Below, piece by piece: positions 63,336 to 64,000 of a DNA stretch of 64,000 nt (positions are counted from its first letter, which is position 1; each line of letters starts with the position of its first letter). Made by a program: the position numbers and the translations under genes. This DNA comes from Candidatus Omnitrophota bacterium. Lineage in GTDB: Bacteria; Omnitrophota; Gorgyraeia; Zapsychrales; Zapsychraceae. The notes beneath the pieces were generated by a model. It was given only the letters and a program-made list of their open reading frames with translations. It made no database searches and had not been told where the DNA came from. Where the stretch lies: positions 27,346 to 91,345 of the forward strand of contig JBFWOS010000001.1 of the NCBI GenBank assembly GCA_050250375.1, in the 5' to 3' direction.

Positions 63336-64000
63336 TTAATTATTCTGAAGATAATGCGTCAATAACCTCACCCCGGCGCCGGTTGCCCCGTGGCCGAAAT
63401 AAAGCCGTTTGGCATTTTCCACAAACGCGGTCCCGGCGATATCCAGATGGGCCCATTTGGTTTCTTCGGTAAACTGGCGTAAAAATTCGGCGGCGGTAAT
63501 GGTGCCTCCCGCTCCTTTGGGATACCCGAGGTTGCGGATATCGGCGATCTGCGATTTGACGGATTCCGCCAATTCCGGATAAATCGGCAGCCGCCAGAGT
63601 CGGTCGTCGGTTTCTTTGGCGGACCGGGTCAGGTGCTGGGCGAAGGACTCATCGGTCGTCACCAGCGCGGTATGGTTGTGCCCCAGCGCGACAATACAGG
63701 CGCCGGTCAGGGTGGCAATGTCAATCAGCCGTTCCGGTTTATAATTGCGGATGACGTAAGAAATCGCGTCAGCCAGAACCAGCCGTCCTTCCGCGTCGGT
63801 ATTGGCGACCTCCACGGTCTTCCCTGAATAACTGGTCAGGACCTCGCCGGGTTTGTACGCTGTTGAACCGGTAACGTTCTCGGCAATGCCGCAGACAAAC
63901 AGGATATTTTTTTTCAGGTTCAGCGCGATGGCGTTTTTCAGCGTTCCGATCACCGCCGCGGCCCCGCTCATGTCGAGCCGCATCGCCTCGATGTTTCCGG
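63336..64000 (-). CDS. pepA: leucyl aminopeptidase (M17), C-terminal part; gene continues beyond the window end
   Basis: NTDAEGRLVLADA is the M17 signature. The frame stays open to the right edge. Confidence 0.85.
   Translation of the reverse strand, partial: GNIEAMRLDMSGAAAVIGTLKNAIALNLKKNILFVCGIAENVTGSTAYKPGEVLTSYSGKTVEVANTDAEGRLVLADAISYVIRNYKPERLIDIATLTGACIVALGHNHTALVTTDESFAQHLTRSAKETDDRLWRLPIYPELAESVKSQIADIRNLGYPKGAGGTITAAEFLRQFTEETKWAHLDIAGTAFVENAKRLYFGHGATGAGVRLLTHYLQNN

Overview
This 64 kb window reads as bacterial chromosome, probably from an uncultivated lineage (three PEP-CTERM proteins present; I cannot assign taxonomy). Coding density is high and most genes are on the minus strand. 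Core genes are GC-rich and alternate with AT-poorer accessory patches (judged by eye, not computed).

Core functions recognised:
- xthA, an AmrS-type radical SAM enzyme, a CysI/NirA-like sulfite/nitrite reductase, and an rsmH / mazG-like / mnmC-N (MnmD) operon.
- Glutathione peroxidase, ppnP, a K+ channel, an FprA-like reductase, pntAA-pntAB-pntB and fumC.
- An SPFH/NfeD pair, PilZ, and a partial pepA running off the right edge.

Accessory content is unusually dense:
- Five toxin-antitoxin loci: an orphan BrnA next to a repeat-truncated BrnT stub, AbrB + RelE/ParE, HigB/HigA-like, Phd/Doc, and a nucleotidyltransferase pair.
- An expanded set of KilA-N-superfamily antirepressor-like genes: three ORF6N paralogs (one decayed), KilA-N, Bro-N, RhuM and Bro-N-like fragments.
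- An EEP-family enzyme in an operon with a 1271-aa beta-rich protein of unknown function.
- A DUF1016(YhcG-N)-thermonuclease fusion.
- A roughly 14 kb AT-rich island (33134-46944): a Type I RM operon (hsdR-hsdM-hsdS) runs without a break into six further genes. These are a DGQHR/DndB-like protein, a Dam-like MTase, a possible NDT-fold small protein, a wHTH-kinase-P-loop NTPase fusion and two unknowns. This is my best candidate for an undescribed defense or DNA-modification system.

The window is also full of structured repeat families:
- A promoter/leader module carrying the first 17-27 codons of a DUF1016 gene, copied upstream of four accessory cassettes.
- 115-bp palindrome-bearing direct repeats flanking an AT-rich ORF.
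- A repeat that stays open in one reading frame and encodes a lipoprotein-signal-like peptide.
- REP-like GGAACGG palindromes, AGATAGGG hairpins and GATC-rich short repeats.

A tRNA-like gene with an aberrant anticodon loop is followed by two antisense-complementary segments and a terminator. No CRISPR array, rRNA or integrase/transposase was found.
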